From NCBI GenBank assembly GCA_964408025.1, contig CAYOXX010000004.1:4148-68147 (forward strand): a stretch of DNA of 64,000 nt, read 5' to 3'. The DNA is from an uncultured Acidobacteriota bacterium (GTDB lineage Bacteria > Acidobacteriota > DATKUA01). Within the stretch, counting starts at the first letter, position 1, and every line of letters begins with the position of its first letter. The translations under genes and the position numbers were made by a program. The notes beneath the pieces were generated by a model. That model saw nothing but the letters and a program-made list of their open reading frames with translations, searched no databases and was not told the DNA's origin. Of this stretch, positions 1 through 9,977 are shown piece after piece.

Positions 1-546
1 GGGGGCAGCGTTTCCTCGGACTATTTCGGCGACACCTGGGAGTGGGACGGCAGCAGCTGGACACAGGTCAGCAGCACCGGGCCGAACGCGCGCCACAGGC
101 ACGCGATGACCTACGACAGCGCGCGGCGTAAAATCGTGCTCTTCGGAGGACGCGGCGACGGGCCTTACCAGGGCGACACGTGGGAATACCGGCCGGCTTA
201 CGACCTGAAAGCCAAATTCAAGAAGGCTTCTGCGAGTGCCGTGAGAATCGGCGGACGGCTGCGGCTGATCGCCAGGATCAAAAACATCGGAGAGGCCAAT
301 TCCCTGCCCACCACAGTTTACTTCTACCTGTCGACCGACAGGAAGCTCGACGAGGACGATATCCTACTGGGCGGAAAAGCCATACAGACCTTGGCGCCGG
401 GCGTGAACCAGAAGATCAAGATGAAGTTCACTGTGCCCGCGATTATCAATCCAGGCTTCTACTACGTGATCGTCGAGGTTGTCGCAGCGGACGCCAAGCC
501 GCGCAACAACGTCAGCGCCAGCAGGTCCACGATCCAGATCTACTGA
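1..546 (+). CDS. Kelch-repeat beta-propeller protein with C-terminal CARDB-like domain; the 5' end lies outside the window
   Basis: The frame is open from position 1 and reads GDTWEWDGSSWTQVS...HAMTYDSARRKIVLFGG, the same Kelch-like repeat unit as the next gene. The C-terminal ~110 aa (VRIGGRLRLIARIKNIGEANS...YFYLSTD...DDILLG...NNV) matches the CARDB pattern. Confidence 0.6.
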   Translation, partial: GGSVSSDYFGDTWEWDGSSWTQVSSTGPNARHRHAMTYDSARRKIVLFGGRGDGPYQGDTWEYRPAYDLKAKFKKASASAVRIGGRLRLIARIKNIGEANSLPTTVYFYLSTDRKLDEDDILLGGKAIQTLAPGVNQKIKMKFTVPAIINPGFYYVIVEVVAADAKPRNNVSASRSTIQIY

Positions 547-724
547 CTCAAGCGGGGCCCAGGCCAGCCGCCGGCAATCCAGGATAAAATCAGCCGGGTT
601 GGAGAAGTATCAGGCTCGATACGCTCTGCTCGGAACCGAAAATGCCTACAGAACACCAATGTGTTATCTTGTTTCCCGTAATCCAACAACGGGGTCAACA
701 TATTCGCAGCTATAGGAAAAGGAG

Positions 725-2056
725 ATGGCCGTGAGGCGACTGAGAACCGAGTATAAATCGAGCATAACAATTACAACGCTTGCCTTCGCTCTCTGCACCC
801 TGGCCGCGTTCGTATCGCAAGCCATGGCCCAGAGCTGGACCAAGGTAAGCGAATCGGGACCTTCGGCTCGGCGAGACGCCGCGATGGCCTACGACAGCGC
901 GCGCGGTGTGGTGGTCCTCTACGGCGGATGGAATGGCAGCTACCTCGGCGACACCTGGGAGTGGGACGGCAGCAGTTGGACCCAGGTCAGCACCTGGGGA
1001 CCTACTCGGCGCAACGGTCACGCGATGGCTTACGATAGCGCTCACGGCGTGGTGGTTATGTTTGGAGGCCAGACTATCGGCGGCCGCGAAGACGACACCT
1101 GGATCTGGGATGGCAACAATTGGACGAACGTCACCCCGGTAGGCATCTCACCAGACGAGCGCCACAGGCATGCGATGGCCTATGACAGCGCTCGCGGGCG
1201 AGTGGTTCTCTTTGGGGGAGCGGATGACCCGATGGATCCCGAGTTCGGCGACACCTGGGAGTGGGACGGCAGCGCCTGGACACAGGTCAGCACCTCGGGG
1301 CCTACGTCCCGCCAGTACCATAAGATGGCCTACGACAGCGTGCGCGGAAGGGTGGTGCTCTTTGGCGGAGAACACAACGCCTACACTTCCGACGACACCT
1401 GGGAGTGGGACGGCACTAGCTGGAGCGAGGTCAGCTCATCCGGGCCTTCCAGGCGCTACGAACATTGCATGGCCTACGACAGCGCGCGCGGCGTAGTGGT
1501 CCTTTTTGGAGGACTCGATTTCGCCTGGAACTACACAAACGACACCTGGGAGTGGGACGGCGGCAGTTGGACCCAGACCGGCTCCTCGGGGCCCCCGGTG
1601 CGAAGCAGTGCCGGGATGGCTTACGACAGCGCCCGCGCCAGGACAGTCATGTTCGGAGGAATGGGCTGGCCCTACCTCGGCGACACCTGGGAGTACGGAT
1701 TCTTCCCCGACCTGAGTATCTCATTCAAGAAAGCCAAGCCCAAGACAGTCAGGGTCGGGGGGAAGCTGAAAATCATCGCCATCGTCAGAAATAACGGCCC
1801 ATCCGCTTCCAGCCCCACGATTGTCAACTACTACCTGTCGACCGACAACACATTCGATACCAACGACATTCTCCTGGGCAGCAAAAACGTGAAGGGTTTG
1901 CAGAAAGGAAAAAGAAAAAGGGCGAAATTGAAAATAACTGTACCCGCGTCAGTGCCCGCAGGCACCTACTGGGTGATAGTCAAGCTGGCATCAGCGGACC
2001 CGAACACGAGCAACAACGTCGCTGTAAGCGGCTACACGATCCAGATTACCAACTGA
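725..2056 (+). CDS. secreted Kelch-repeat beta-propeller protein with C-terminal CARDB-like domain; paralog of the upstream gene
   Basis: There is an AAGGAG RBS just before the ATG and an N-terminal signal peptide (TLAFALCTLAAFVSQAMA). Seven or more repeats of MAYDSARGVVVLFGG...GDTWEWDGSSWTQVS are followed by a CARDB-like tail (VRVGGKLKIIAIVRNNGPSAS...YYLSTDNTFDTNDILLG...NNVA). Confidence 0.65.
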   Translation: MAVRRLRTEYKSSITITTLAFALCTLAAFVSQAMAQSWTKVSESGPSARRDAAMAYDSARGVVVLYGGWNGSYLGDTWEWDGSSWTQVSTWGPTRRNGHAMAYDSAHGVVVMFGGQTIGGREDDTWIWDGNNWTNVTPVGISPDERHRHAMAYDSARGRVVLFGGADDPMDPEFGDTWEWDGSAWTQVSTSGPTSRQYHKMAYDSVRGRVVLFGGEHNAYTSDDTWEWDGTSWSEVSSSGPSRRYEHCMAYDSARGVVVLFGGLDFAWNYTNDTWEWDGGSWTQTGSSGPPVRSSAGMAYDSARARTVMFGGMGWPYLGDTWEYGFFPDLSISFKKAKPKTVRVGGKLKIIAIVRNNGPSASSPTIVNYYLSTDNTFDTNDILLGSKNVKGLQKGKRKRAKLKITVPASVPAGTYWVIVKLASADPNTSNNVAVSGYTIQITN

Positions 2057-2083
2057 TCTGATCGGTTTTCCAGTTGACTGGGA

Positions 2084-3436
2084 TCAGACGGTCAGGTAGA
2101 CCAGTACCACCATGCCAACGCTGACCGCGGCCATGACCCAGTTGAGCCAGGAGATCTCCCTGAGCCGCCCGGCGAGCAGCTTGCAGACCGGGTAGGAAAT
2201 GAATCCGGCCGCCAGGCCGTGGTGTATCGACTGCAGGGCGACCATCACCACGATAGTCAAGGCGGCGGGCACAGCCTCGGTCCACTCGCGCCAGGCTATC
2301 TTCCTGGTCTCGGTCATCATGATCAGGCCTACGGCGATCAGCACCGGCCCGACGATGAAGCCCGCCGAGAGGCCGGCCCACAGCGGCGTAAAGAACAACG
2401 CCGCCAGGAAGAACACGGCGGTGACGACCGAGGCCAGCCCCGTGCGCGCGCCGGAGGCCACACCGGCGCTGGACTCTATGTAGCTGGTCACCGTGCTGAC
2501 GCCGCACAGCGATCCGGCCATCGTGCCGACCGCGTCGGCCATCAGCGCACCCTTGGCGCGCGGCAGCGAGCCGTCCGGCCGCGTCAGCTTCGCCTTCTGC
2601 GCCACGCCGACCAGCGTGCCCATGGTGTCGAAGACGTCGATGAAGAGGAAGATGATGATGTAGGGAATCAGCGTCAGCGAGAGCGCCCCGAGTATATCGA
2701 CCTGGAGCAATGTCGGGGCAAGCGACGGCACCGGCGCCACCATCCCGCTGACGTTCAGCACGCCGAACAGCGTGGCCACCACGGAGCCGGCCAGCATGCC
2801 GAACAGCAGACAGCCGGGCACGCGCAGCAGATACAGGATCCCTATGATCGCCAGGTTGATCACGAAGACGAGGAAGACCGACAGGTCGAAGGCGAAGTTG
2901 AACTCCCATCTCAGCAGGTCGAAGCCGGCCGGGGGGTTGTGGCCCGCCAGGGGGTTGACGAAGGCGTTGAGAGCACCCAGCAGGAGAATGAAAAGCCCGA
3001 TGGCGACGGCGATCGAGGACTTGAGCGAGGCGCTGATGAGGGTGATGATCCGCTCGCGTATACGGAAAAGCGAGATGAGCAGGAAGATGAGTCCGGCGAT
3101 AAATATCACGCCCAGGGCTTTCTCCGGCGTGTTGGCCACCCTGCCGATAATCATCGCAAACAGAACGTTTATCCCCATCCCCGGCGCCAGGGCGATCGGG
3201 TAGTTGGCCCCGAAGGCCATCACCAGCGTGGCGAAGGCGCTCACCAGGCATGTGGCGACCATGATCGAGAAGAAAGTTGAATCGCCAAACTGAACCCACG
3301 AGGGCGCGTGCACGCTCATCAGGGCCGGCTGCACGCTGATGATGTAGGCCATCGTCATGAAGGTGACGACGCCGCCCAGCACTTCCCTGCCGAATGTGGA
3401 ACCCTGTTTACTTATCCCGAATATCCGCTCGATCAT
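2084..3436 (-). CDS. NCS2-family nucleobase permease (AzgA/PbuG-like adenine/guanine/hypoxanthine permease)
   Basis: The protein is multi-TM and its N-terminus MIERIFGISKQGSTFGREVLGGVVTFMTMAYIISVQPALM is typical of AzgA-type permeases. I chose the start at 3436 (GGGAGGGG RBS) over the longer ORF to 3559. Confidence 0.7.
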   Translation of the reverse strand: MIERIFGISKQGSTFGREVLGGVVTFMTMAYIISVQPALMSVHAPSWVQFGDSTFFSIMVATCLVSAFATLVMAFGANYPIALAPGMGINVLFAMIIGRVANTPEKALGVIFIAGLIFLLISLFRIRERIITLISASLKSSIAVAIGLFILLLGALNAFVNPLAGHNPPAGFDLLRWEFNFAFDLSVFLVFVINLAIIGILYLLRVPGCLLFGMLAGSVVATLFGVLNVSGMVAPVPSLAPTLLQVDILGALSLTLIPYIIIFLFIDVFDTMGTLVGVAQKAKLTRPDGSLPRAKGALMADAVGTMAGSLCGVSTVTSYIESSAGVASGARTGLASVVTAVFFLAALFFTPLWAGLSAGFIVGPVLIAVGLIMMTETRKIAWREWTEAVPAALTIVVMVALQSIHHGLAAGFISYPVCKLLAGRLREISWLNWVMAAVSVGMVVLVYLTV

Positions 3437-3610
3437 CGCACCCCTCCCGTCCGATTCCCCAACACTGTGCGGACAGTTTAGCAAACCCAAACGCGGCGGC
3501 GCACCAACCGCTCTAAGGCAAATGCGTTTCCCGGAGAACGAGCACCGCTTGACGGTCAACGAGCGGTTACGATATAACCTGAGTGGATCCCGTCACTTCA
3601 AGGTCTCCTT

Positions 3611-4402
3611 ATGTCAACAGCGCTCACCCCCGAACTCTACGAGTTGGCATTCAGCTACCGCGACTACGAGGCAGAGGTCGACTTCATCGAGCTCTGCTGG
3701 CAGAGGCACGCCAGCACCGATAATACGTGTGTGCTCGACATCGCCTGCGGCATCGGCGAGCACCTGCATCAGCTCTGCCTGCGCGGATACGACTGCTGCG
3801 GATTCGACATCGACGAGCGGATGGTCGAGTTCGCAACGGCGAAGTTCGCGGCCGAGGAGCTTCCCATTGAGGTCTGGACTGCTGACATGCGCGACTTCGA
3901 GGTCGAGAGGCCCTTCGGGCTGGCCACAAACATGCTCACCTCGGCTAACCTGCTGCTCACGAACGAGGCTCTCGAAAACCACCTGCGCCTGGTCGCGCGG
4001 GCACTGGAGCCGGGCGGCATCTACCTGCTGGAGATGTTCCACCCGCGCGCGTACGGCTTCGGGCCGGACATCCTGGCCTACGCCTGGGAGGTCCAGCGGG
4101 ACGACGTGCACCTGGAGTGTGACCTGCACCACCAGCGGAAGCCGCTCGATCCTATCAGGCAGTGCCAGGAGACCACGATGCACATAGCAGTAACCAAGGG
4201 CGGAAAGACTGAAGTGATCGAACACCGCCGCCGGCAGCGCGTCTACCTCTATCACGAATTCCGGGCTATCGTCGGCTGCACGCGGAACTTCGAGATTCTC
4301 GACTGCTTTGGCGCCTTCAATGCGGACAGGAAGCTCGACAATTCCCAGCGCTCCTGGAGGATGATCCCCGTCCTCCGCAGAACCGAGGAGGATGTTAAAT
4401 GA
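3611..4402 (+). CDS. class I SAM-dependent methyltransferase
   Basis: It carries methyltransferase motif I (VLDIACGIGEHL) and a downstream acidic motif. The stop overlaps the next gene's start as ATGA. Confidence 0.6.
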   Translation: MSTALTPELYELAFSYRDYEAEVDFIELCWQRHASTDNTCVLDIACGIGEHLHQLCLRGYDCCGFDIDERMVEFATAKFAAEELPIEVWTADMRDFEVERPFGLATNMLTSANLLLTNEALENHLRLVARALEPGGIYLLEMFHPRAYGFGPDILAYAWEVQRDDVHLECDLHHQRKPLDPIRQCQETTMHIAVTKGGKTEVIEHRRRQRVYLYHEFRAIVGCTRNFEILDCFGAFNADRKLDNSQRSWRMIPVLRRTEEDVK

Positions 4403-6126
4403 AATCAATTCAGTCTCGCCTGGTTCCCCTGGCACTAGTTGCCATCGCGCTATCGCTTTCGCTGGCGCTCACAACCACACATACGTCCGCTCAGGAGGCG
4501 GCCGAAGAACCTGCCGATGTCATCCTCATCAACGGCACCGTATATACCGTCGACTCGGAATTCAGTGTCGCCGAGGCGGTAGCCGTACGCGGCAACCACA
4601 TCATCGCAGTCGGCACAACCGAGGAGATTCAGCCGCTCGCCAGCCCCGCAACGCTCCTTATAGACCTGGACGGCCGCACCGTGATACCCGGTCTCGTTGA
4701 CGCCCACGCCCACCTCTTCGGCTACGCCGCCAGCCTCGAGCGGCTCGACCTGGTCGGCACCATCAGCGCCGAGGAGATCGCCGAGATGGTGGCCGCCAAG
4801 GTCCAGGAGATCGAACCCGGCGCCTGGATTCTCGGCCGCGGCTGGGACCAGAACGACTGGCCCGAGCAGCACTTCCCGACTCACGAAATCCTCGATAACG
4901 CAGCTCCGTACAACCCCGTGCTGCTGGGCCGCATCGACGGCCACGCTAACTGGGCCAACTCCGCGGCGATGGAGATCGGAGGAGTCACGCGCGACACTCC
5001 CGATCCCGACGGCGGCGAGATAATCCGCGACGCCGAGGGCAACCCCACCGGCGTATTCATCGATAACGCGGAAAACCTCATTGCTGAACATGTGCCGGAG
5101 ATGCCGCGCGCGAGGCTCAAGATCCTCCTCGCCAGGGCGGTGCGCAACTGCCTGGCCGTCGGCCTCGTCGGCGTCCACGACATGGGCGGCGGACCCGCCA
5201 ACATCGCCCTCACCAGAGAACTTATCGACGAGGGGAACTTCCCGTTCCGCCTCTACTTCAACCTCAGCTCGCATTTAAGCAATCTCGACGAACTATTGGC
5301 CGAAGGTACACAGAGCTATGGCGACGGCCGCCTGTCGGTCCGCAGCGTCAAGGCGTTCATCGACGGCGCCCTAGGCTCGCGCGGCGCCGCCCTGCTCGAG
5401 CCGTACAGCGACCGCCCAGAGAGCACGGGGCTGCTGATGACCACCCCTGAAGAGCTGCAAGAGCTGACCGAGCGCTGCCTGCGGGCCGGTTTCCAGGTCT
5501 CCACACACGCCATCGGTGACCGCGGCAACCGCATCGTTCTCGACGCCTACGAGGCGGCCCTCGAGGCGGTGCCGACGCCCGACGCGCGCCTGCGCATCGA
5601 GCACGCCCAAATTCTCGCACCCGAGGAGATCCCGCGATTCGCGCAGATCGGCGTCCTGCCCAGTATGCAGCCGACTCACTGCACCTCCGACTTCCCCTGG
5701 GCTCTCGACAGGCTCGGCGCGGAACGGGCTCGGGGGGCATACGCCTGGCGCAGCCTGCTCGACACCGGAGTCATTATCCCCTGCGGCTCCGACTTCCCAG
5801 TCGAGCGGATTGACCCGCGACTCGGCCTCTACGCCGCCGTAACCCGCCGGCACGCAGACGGCTCGCCCGCGGACGGCTACTTCCCCGAGCAGCGGATGAC
5901 GCGCGAAGAAGCACTGAAGGGATTCACAATCTGGGCCGCATACGCCGCCTTTGCAGAGGACGAGCGCGGCAGCCTCGAGCCGGGCAAGCTGGCCGACCTG
6001 GTAGTGCTCGACCGCGACATCATGCGCGTGCCGCCGCAAGAGATCCTCGAAGCCGTCGTAATACTGACCATGGTCGACGGCCGCATCGCCTACCGACGGG
6101 GCGCCAACGGTAGCGATACGGAATAA
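4399..6126 (+). CDS. secreted metal-dependent amidohydrolase (Amidohydro_3 family)
   Basis: It has a signal peptide, the metal ligands HAHLFGY...IDGHANW, and a C-terminal VVLDRD motif typical of Amidohydro_3 enzymes. Confidence 0.65.
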   Translation: MKSIQSRLVPLALVAIALSLSLALTTTHTSAQEAAEEPADVILINGTVYTVDSEFSVAEAVAVRGNHIIAVGTTEEIQPLASPATLLIDLDGRTVIPGLVDAHAHLFGYAASLERLDLVGTISAEEIAEMVAAKVQEIEPGAWILGRGWDQNDWPEQHFPTHEILDNAAPYNPVLLGRIDGHANWANSAAMEIGGVTRDTPDPDGGEIIRDAEGNPTGVFIDNAENLIAEHVPEMPRARLKILLARAVRNCLAVGLVGVHDMGGGPANIALTRELIDEGNFPFRLYFNLSSHLSNLDELLAEGTQSYGDGRLSVRSVKAFIDGALGSRGAALLEPYSDRPESTGLLMTTPEELQELTERCLRAGFQVSTHAIGDRGNRIVLDAYEAALEAVPTPDARLRIEHAQILAPEEIPRFAQIGVLPSMQPTHCTSDFPWALDRLGAERARGAYAWRSLLDTGVIIPCGSDFPVERIDPRLGLYAAVTRRHADGSPADGYFPEQRMTREEALKGFTIWAAYAAFAEDERGSLEPGKLADLVVLDRDIMRVPPQEILEAVVILTMVDGRIAYRRGANGSDTE

Positions 6127-6130
6127 ATCA

Positions 6131-7114
6131 GTGGCCGGGAAAGCCGAAACCGTCTTGATCACCGGCATCTCCGGTTTCGTCGGCTCCCACCTGTGCGAAG
6201 AGTTCCTGCGCCGAGGCCTGAAGGTCAAGGGGCTGATCCCCGAGGGGGAGGACATCTCCAACCTCGCGGCCGCGGAGTCTGAGATCCGCCTTCTCCAGGG
6301 CGACCTTCTGGATCCGGCTGGTCTCGAGCGGATCGTGGAGGAGGCCGGAGCCGATCTCATAGTCCACCTGGCCGCCGAGAGCTCGCCCGCCAGGAGTTAT
6401 TTGGATCCGGTAATCTCGTTTGAGGTCAACACTCTGGGGACGCTCCACCTCCTCGAGGCCATCCGGAAAGCGAAGCGGCCACGACGCTTCCTACTCTTCA
6501 CATCGGCCGAGGTCTACGGGGCCGCGGACCCCGCGGCGATGCCGCTGGCCGAGTCGGCGCCGCTGAGGCCGCTCAACCCCTACGCGGCCAGCAAGGCGGC
6601 GTGCCATTACCTCGGCAAGCAGTATGCTATGCACCATGACCTGCCGCTTGTTGAGGTGCGCCCCTTCAACATGATTGGGCCGCGCCAGGGCCGCGGCTTC
6701 GTACTGCCCGATTTCGCCTCCCAGGTGGCTGCGATCGTCTCCGGCCGCGCGGAGCCTCGCATTCATGTCGGCCGCCTCAGCGACCGGCGCGACTTCCTCG
6801 ACGTCCGCGACGCCGTTCGCGCAATCGCCGAACTGGCCGAGCGTGGAAGCGATGGAGAGGTCTACCACGTCTGCTCCGGCGTGGCTACGCCGGTACGACG
6901 CCTGCTCGACCTGCTGCTGGAGGCGGCCGGCGTAGAGATCGAGGTGGTGCGCGACCCGGCGCGGCTGCGCCCGACGGCGACGCCGATACTGCTAGGTTCC
7001 AACACAAAGCTGACCGAACAAACCGGCTGGGGGCCGACGATTACCCTGGAAGACACTGTCAGGGACGCCCTCGAATACTGGCTTGGGAAACCCTCTGCAG
7101 GTGACAACAATTAG
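6131..7114 (+). CDS. NAD-dependent epimerase/dehydratase (GDP-sugar 4,6-dehydratase/reductase-like SDR)
   Basis: It has a GTG start, a Rossmann motif (VLITGISGFVGSHL) and the catalytic YAASK motif. It starts 5 bp after the amidohydrolase stop. Confidence 0.65.
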   Translation: MAGKAETVLITGISGFVGSHLCEEFLRRGLKVKGLIPEGEDISNLAAAESEIRLLQGDLLDPAGLERIVEEAGADLIVHLAAESSPARSYLDPVISFEVNTLGTLHLLEAIRKAKRPRRFLLFTSAEVYGAADPAAMPLAESAPLRPLNPYAASKAACHYLGKQYAMHHDLPLVEVRPFNMIGPRQGRGFVLPDFASQVAAIVSGRAEPRIHVGRLSDRRDFLDVRDAVRAIAELAERGSDGEVYHVCSGVATPVRRLLDLLLEAAGVEIEVVRDPARLRPTATPILLGSNTKLTEQTGWGPTITLEDTVRDALEYWLGKPSAGDNN

Positions 7115-7243
7115 AGATCGAGTCTTAATATCGAACTAATATGTTGTTTAATGCGTCTTATTTAATCGGCTTGTAAAATGCCGGTGGCAACGGAGAGAAA
7201 GCAAACTGAAGCGTATCACTTAAAACAGCTGAGGACCTGTCCC

Positions 7244-8026
7244 ATGAACAGAATTCCGAATACGGCGTTGGCATTAGCCGCGCTCGCGGCGGCTACCGCG
7301 CTGCCGTTCGCCTCGGCCCAGCAGGAGCCGACGGCGCTGGAGATCATCCAGCGCATCGAGGACCTGATGCGCAGCGACCGCTCATACGCCGAGCTGACGA
7401 TGGAGATCATCACTCCTGACTGGCAGCGGACGGTCACCATGCGCAGCTACGACGACCGCGAGGGCGAGCGCAGCTTCATCCACATCCTCAGCCCCAGGCG
7501 CGACGAGAACACCACCTTCCTGCGCGTCGAGTTCAACCTCTGGATGTACCTGCCGCGCGCCGAGCGGACGATCCGCATCCCACCATCGATGATGCTCAAC
7601 AGCTGGATGGGAAGCGACTTCACCAACGACGACCTGGTCAGGGAAAGCTCGTACATCGATGACTACGACCACGAGCTTACCGGCATCGAGGAGCTCGAGG
7701 AGCTGGACGCCATCCCCTGCTACCACATCGTTATGCGCCCGAAGCCCGACGCGCCGGTCACCTGGGGCTGGGTCGAGGTTTGGATAAGCGTCGAGCCGCT
7801 GCTGCCGGTGCTCTACCGCTACTACAACCAGCGCGGCGAGCTGCGTAAAGAGATGATCATGAGCGAAATCGGCGAGATGGACGGCCACCTTCTGCCCACC
7901 GTATGGACCATGCGGACGATGGACAAGCCGGGCCATAGCACCGTCATCCGGCTCGAGAGCATGGACTTCGACGCCGACATTCCCGACCGGGTGTTCACGC
8001 GCCAGCACCTGCGCAACCCGCGATAG
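7244..8026 (+). CDS. LolA-like outer-membrane lipoprotein-sorting family periplasmic protein
   Basis: A signal peptide (ALALAALAAATALPFASAQ) is followed by a LolA-like fold signature (ITPDWQRTVTMRSYDD...FLRVEFNLWMYLP). It is the first gene of a four-gene co-directional cluster. Confidence 0.55.
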   Translation: MNRIPNTALALAALAAATALPFASAQQEPTALEIIQRIEDLMRSDRSYAELTMEIITPDWQRTVTMRSYDDREGERSFIHILSPRRDENTTFLRVEFNLWMYLPRAERTIRIPPSMMLNSWMGSDFTNDDLVRESSYIDDYDHELTGIEELEELDAIPCYHIVMRPKPDAPVTWGWVEVWISVEPLLPVLYRYYNQRGELRKEMIMSEIGEMDGHLLPTVWTMRTMDKPGHSTVIRLESMDFDADIPDRVFTRQHLRNPR

Positions 8027-8035
8027 GAGGAAACG

Positions 8036-9292
8036 ATGCGTATTTTCCTTGCCATCGCCTGGCGAAACGTGATGCGCAACAAAAAGCGCTCCTTCATCAC
8101 CATCTTCGCCATCGCCTTCGGCCTCATCTTCCTGATCTTCATGTGGTCGATCATCGACGGCGTCTACCCGGTGATGATCGACAACATGACCGGCCTGTTC
8201 ATGGGCCACATGGAAGTGAGCACCCCGGAATTTGTCGATCGGCCGGCGCTGGAGAACGCGATCCGGGACGGCGACCCGGTGATCGCCGCGGTGCGGGACC
8301 ACCCGAACGTGGAAGCCTACTCGCCCCGGATGCGCTTGTTCGGCCTGCTCAGCTATGCCGAGAACAGCCAGGGCGGCGTCGTCATCGGCATCGACCCGGA
8401 GCTGGAGCGCGAACTCGGGCGCCTTGATGATGACGAGTTCATCATCGAGGGCCGCTTCATCACCTCCGACGACGTGCGGGGCGCCGTCATCGGCGCCACG
8501 CTGGCCAAGAACCTCGACGCCAGACTGGGCGAGCGTATCTTCTTCCTCACCCAAGGTCCGCACCAGGAGCTGGCATACACCAACCTCAACGTCATCGGAA
8601 TCCTGAAATCCCACGTCCCCGAGATCGACGGCTCGATGGTCTTCGTACGCCGGGCTGACCTGACCGACGCCGATGTGCTGGACATGCCGGGGGCGGTCAC
8701 CGACGTCGCCATCCGCCTGCGCGACCAAAACCTGCTGGAAGAAACCAAGGCCGAACTGCAGTCGGCGCTGGAGGGGCACGACGAGCAGAAGCTGGTACGC
8801 ACGTGGAAGGAGATCGTCCCCTGGATCGAGCAGGCGCTGGCGATGGACGAGGCTTTCTTCTACTTCATCGTTCTAATCATGTTCACCGTCGTGGTCGCCG
8901 GCATCCTCAACACCGTTCTCATGTCGGTGATGGAGCGCACGAGGGAGTTCGGCATCATGCGCGCCCTGGGCACCAAGGGATGGCAGATCGCAACCGTAGT
9001 CAGTCTTGAATCGGTGATGCTCGGCGTCATCGGGCTGGTGATCGGGGCCACCTGCGGCATCGTCCTCACGCTGATCCTCGGCCAGACGGGACTCGACCTC
9101 TACAGCGGTATCGACGAGTCATTCATGGGAGAGTTCTACTTCTTCGAGACGAGAATCTACCCGCTTCTCAACCTCGACCACTTCATCACCACCTGCGTCG
9201 CCGTGATGGTCATGATTGTCCTGGTCTCCCTCTACCCCGCGCGCAAGGCGGCAAAACTCGAACCGGTAGTAGCTATCAAGGCCCTGGGGTGA
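8036..9292 (+). CDS. ABC transporter permease, FtsX/MacB-LolCE-like with large periplasmic domain
   Basis: It has an AGGAGG RBS and an N-terminal TM helix. A roughly 200-aa periplasmic domain is followed by three C-terminal TM helices (FtsX fold). Confidence 0.7.
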   Translation: MRIFLAIAWRNVMRNKKRSFITIFAIAFGLIFLIFMWSIIDGVYPVMIDNMTGLFMGHMEVSTPEFVDRPALENAIRDGDPVIAAVRDHPNVEAYSPRMRLFGLLSYAENSQGGVVIGIDPELERELGRLDDDEFIIEGRFITSDDVRGAVIGATLAKNLDARLGERIFFLTQGPHQELAYTNLNVIGILKSHVPEIDGSMVFVRRADLTDADVLDMPGAVTDVAIRLRDQNLLEETKAELQSALEGHDEQKLVRTWKEIVPWIEQALAMDEAFFYFIVLIMFTVVVAGILNTVLMSVMERTREFGIMRALGTKGWQIATVVSLESVMLGVIGLVIGATCGIVLTLILGQTGLDLYSGIDESFMGEFYFFETRIYPLLNLDHFITTCVAVMVMIVLVSLYPARKAAKLEPVVAIKALG

Positions 9293-9296
9293 CGCG

Positions 9297-9977
9297 ATGA
9301 TCGTAAAGACGGAAGAACTCAAGAAGGTTTTCTCGAGCGACCACGTCGAGCACCCCGCACTGCGCGGCGTCGACGTCCAGATTGACGAAGGCGAGTTCGT
9401 GGTGGTCGCCGGACCCTCCGGCTCCGGCAAGACGACGCTGCTTAACATGATCGGCACACTCGACTCGCCGACCGAGGGGAAGGTGTTCTTCAAGGACCGC
9501 GACGTCGGCGCCATGTCGGTAGGCGAAAGGACGGAGCTGCGACTACACAAAATCGGCTTCGTCTTCCAAGCATACAACCTGATCAACGTGCTGACCGCGG
9601 CCGAGAACGTCGAATACGTGCTCCTGCTCCAGGGCCTGGCCGGCGAGCAGCGCCGGCAACGCGCCCACGAACTGCTCGAGGCCGTGGGCCTCGAGGGCCT
9701 CGAGAACCGCCGCCCGGAGCAGCTCAGCGGCGGCGAGCAGCAGCGTGTGGCCGTCGCCAGATCGCTGGCCTCGGAGCCGGAGTTGGTGCTGGCCGACGAG
9801 CCGACGGCCAACCTCGATCAGGCCACCGGTAAAGAGCTGATCGAGCTGATGCTCGAGCTCAACCGCGAGCGCGGCATCACATTCGTCATCTCCTCGCACG
9901 ACCGCATGGTGATCGAGCACGCCCGCCGGCTGCTGCGCCTCCTCGACGGTAGAATCGTCGCCGATGAAAAGCCGTAA
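9297..9977 (+). CDS. ABC transporter ATP-binding protein (LolD/MacB-type)
   Basis: It carries Walker A (GPSGSGKTT), the signature motif ([15 protein letters not shown]) and Walker B ([12 protein letters not shown]). Confidence 0.85.
   Translation: MIVKTEELKKVFSSDHVEHPALRGVDVQIDEGEFVVVAGPSGSGKTTLLNMIGTLDSPTEGKVFFKDRDVGAMSVGERTELRLHKIGFVFQAYNLINVLTAAENVEYVLLLQGLAGEQRRQRAHELLEAVGLEGLENRRPEQLSGGEQQRVAVARSLASEPELVLADEPTANLDQATGKELIELMLELNRERGITFVISSHDRMVIEHARRLLRLLDGRIVADEKP

Noticed and set aside
2046-3299. Long ORFs (417 aa minus-strand, 353 aa plus-strand, and others) overlapping the NCS2 permease gene
   Set aside because: They have Arg/Gly/Pro-rich low-complexity translations typical of alternative frames in 65% GC DNA. 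The permease frame has clear family motifs.
7382-8779. 465-aa antisense ORF across the LolA-like and FtsX permease genes
   Set aside because: It lies antisense to two well-supported genes, has an Asp/Gly/Val-rich composition and no RBS. It is a high-GC frame artefact. The same reasoning applies to 5371-6360, 10020-10961, 10153-10887, 20429-21043, 23094-23771, 42338-42865, 43292-43795, 44570-45631, 46493-47575 and 54958-55593.
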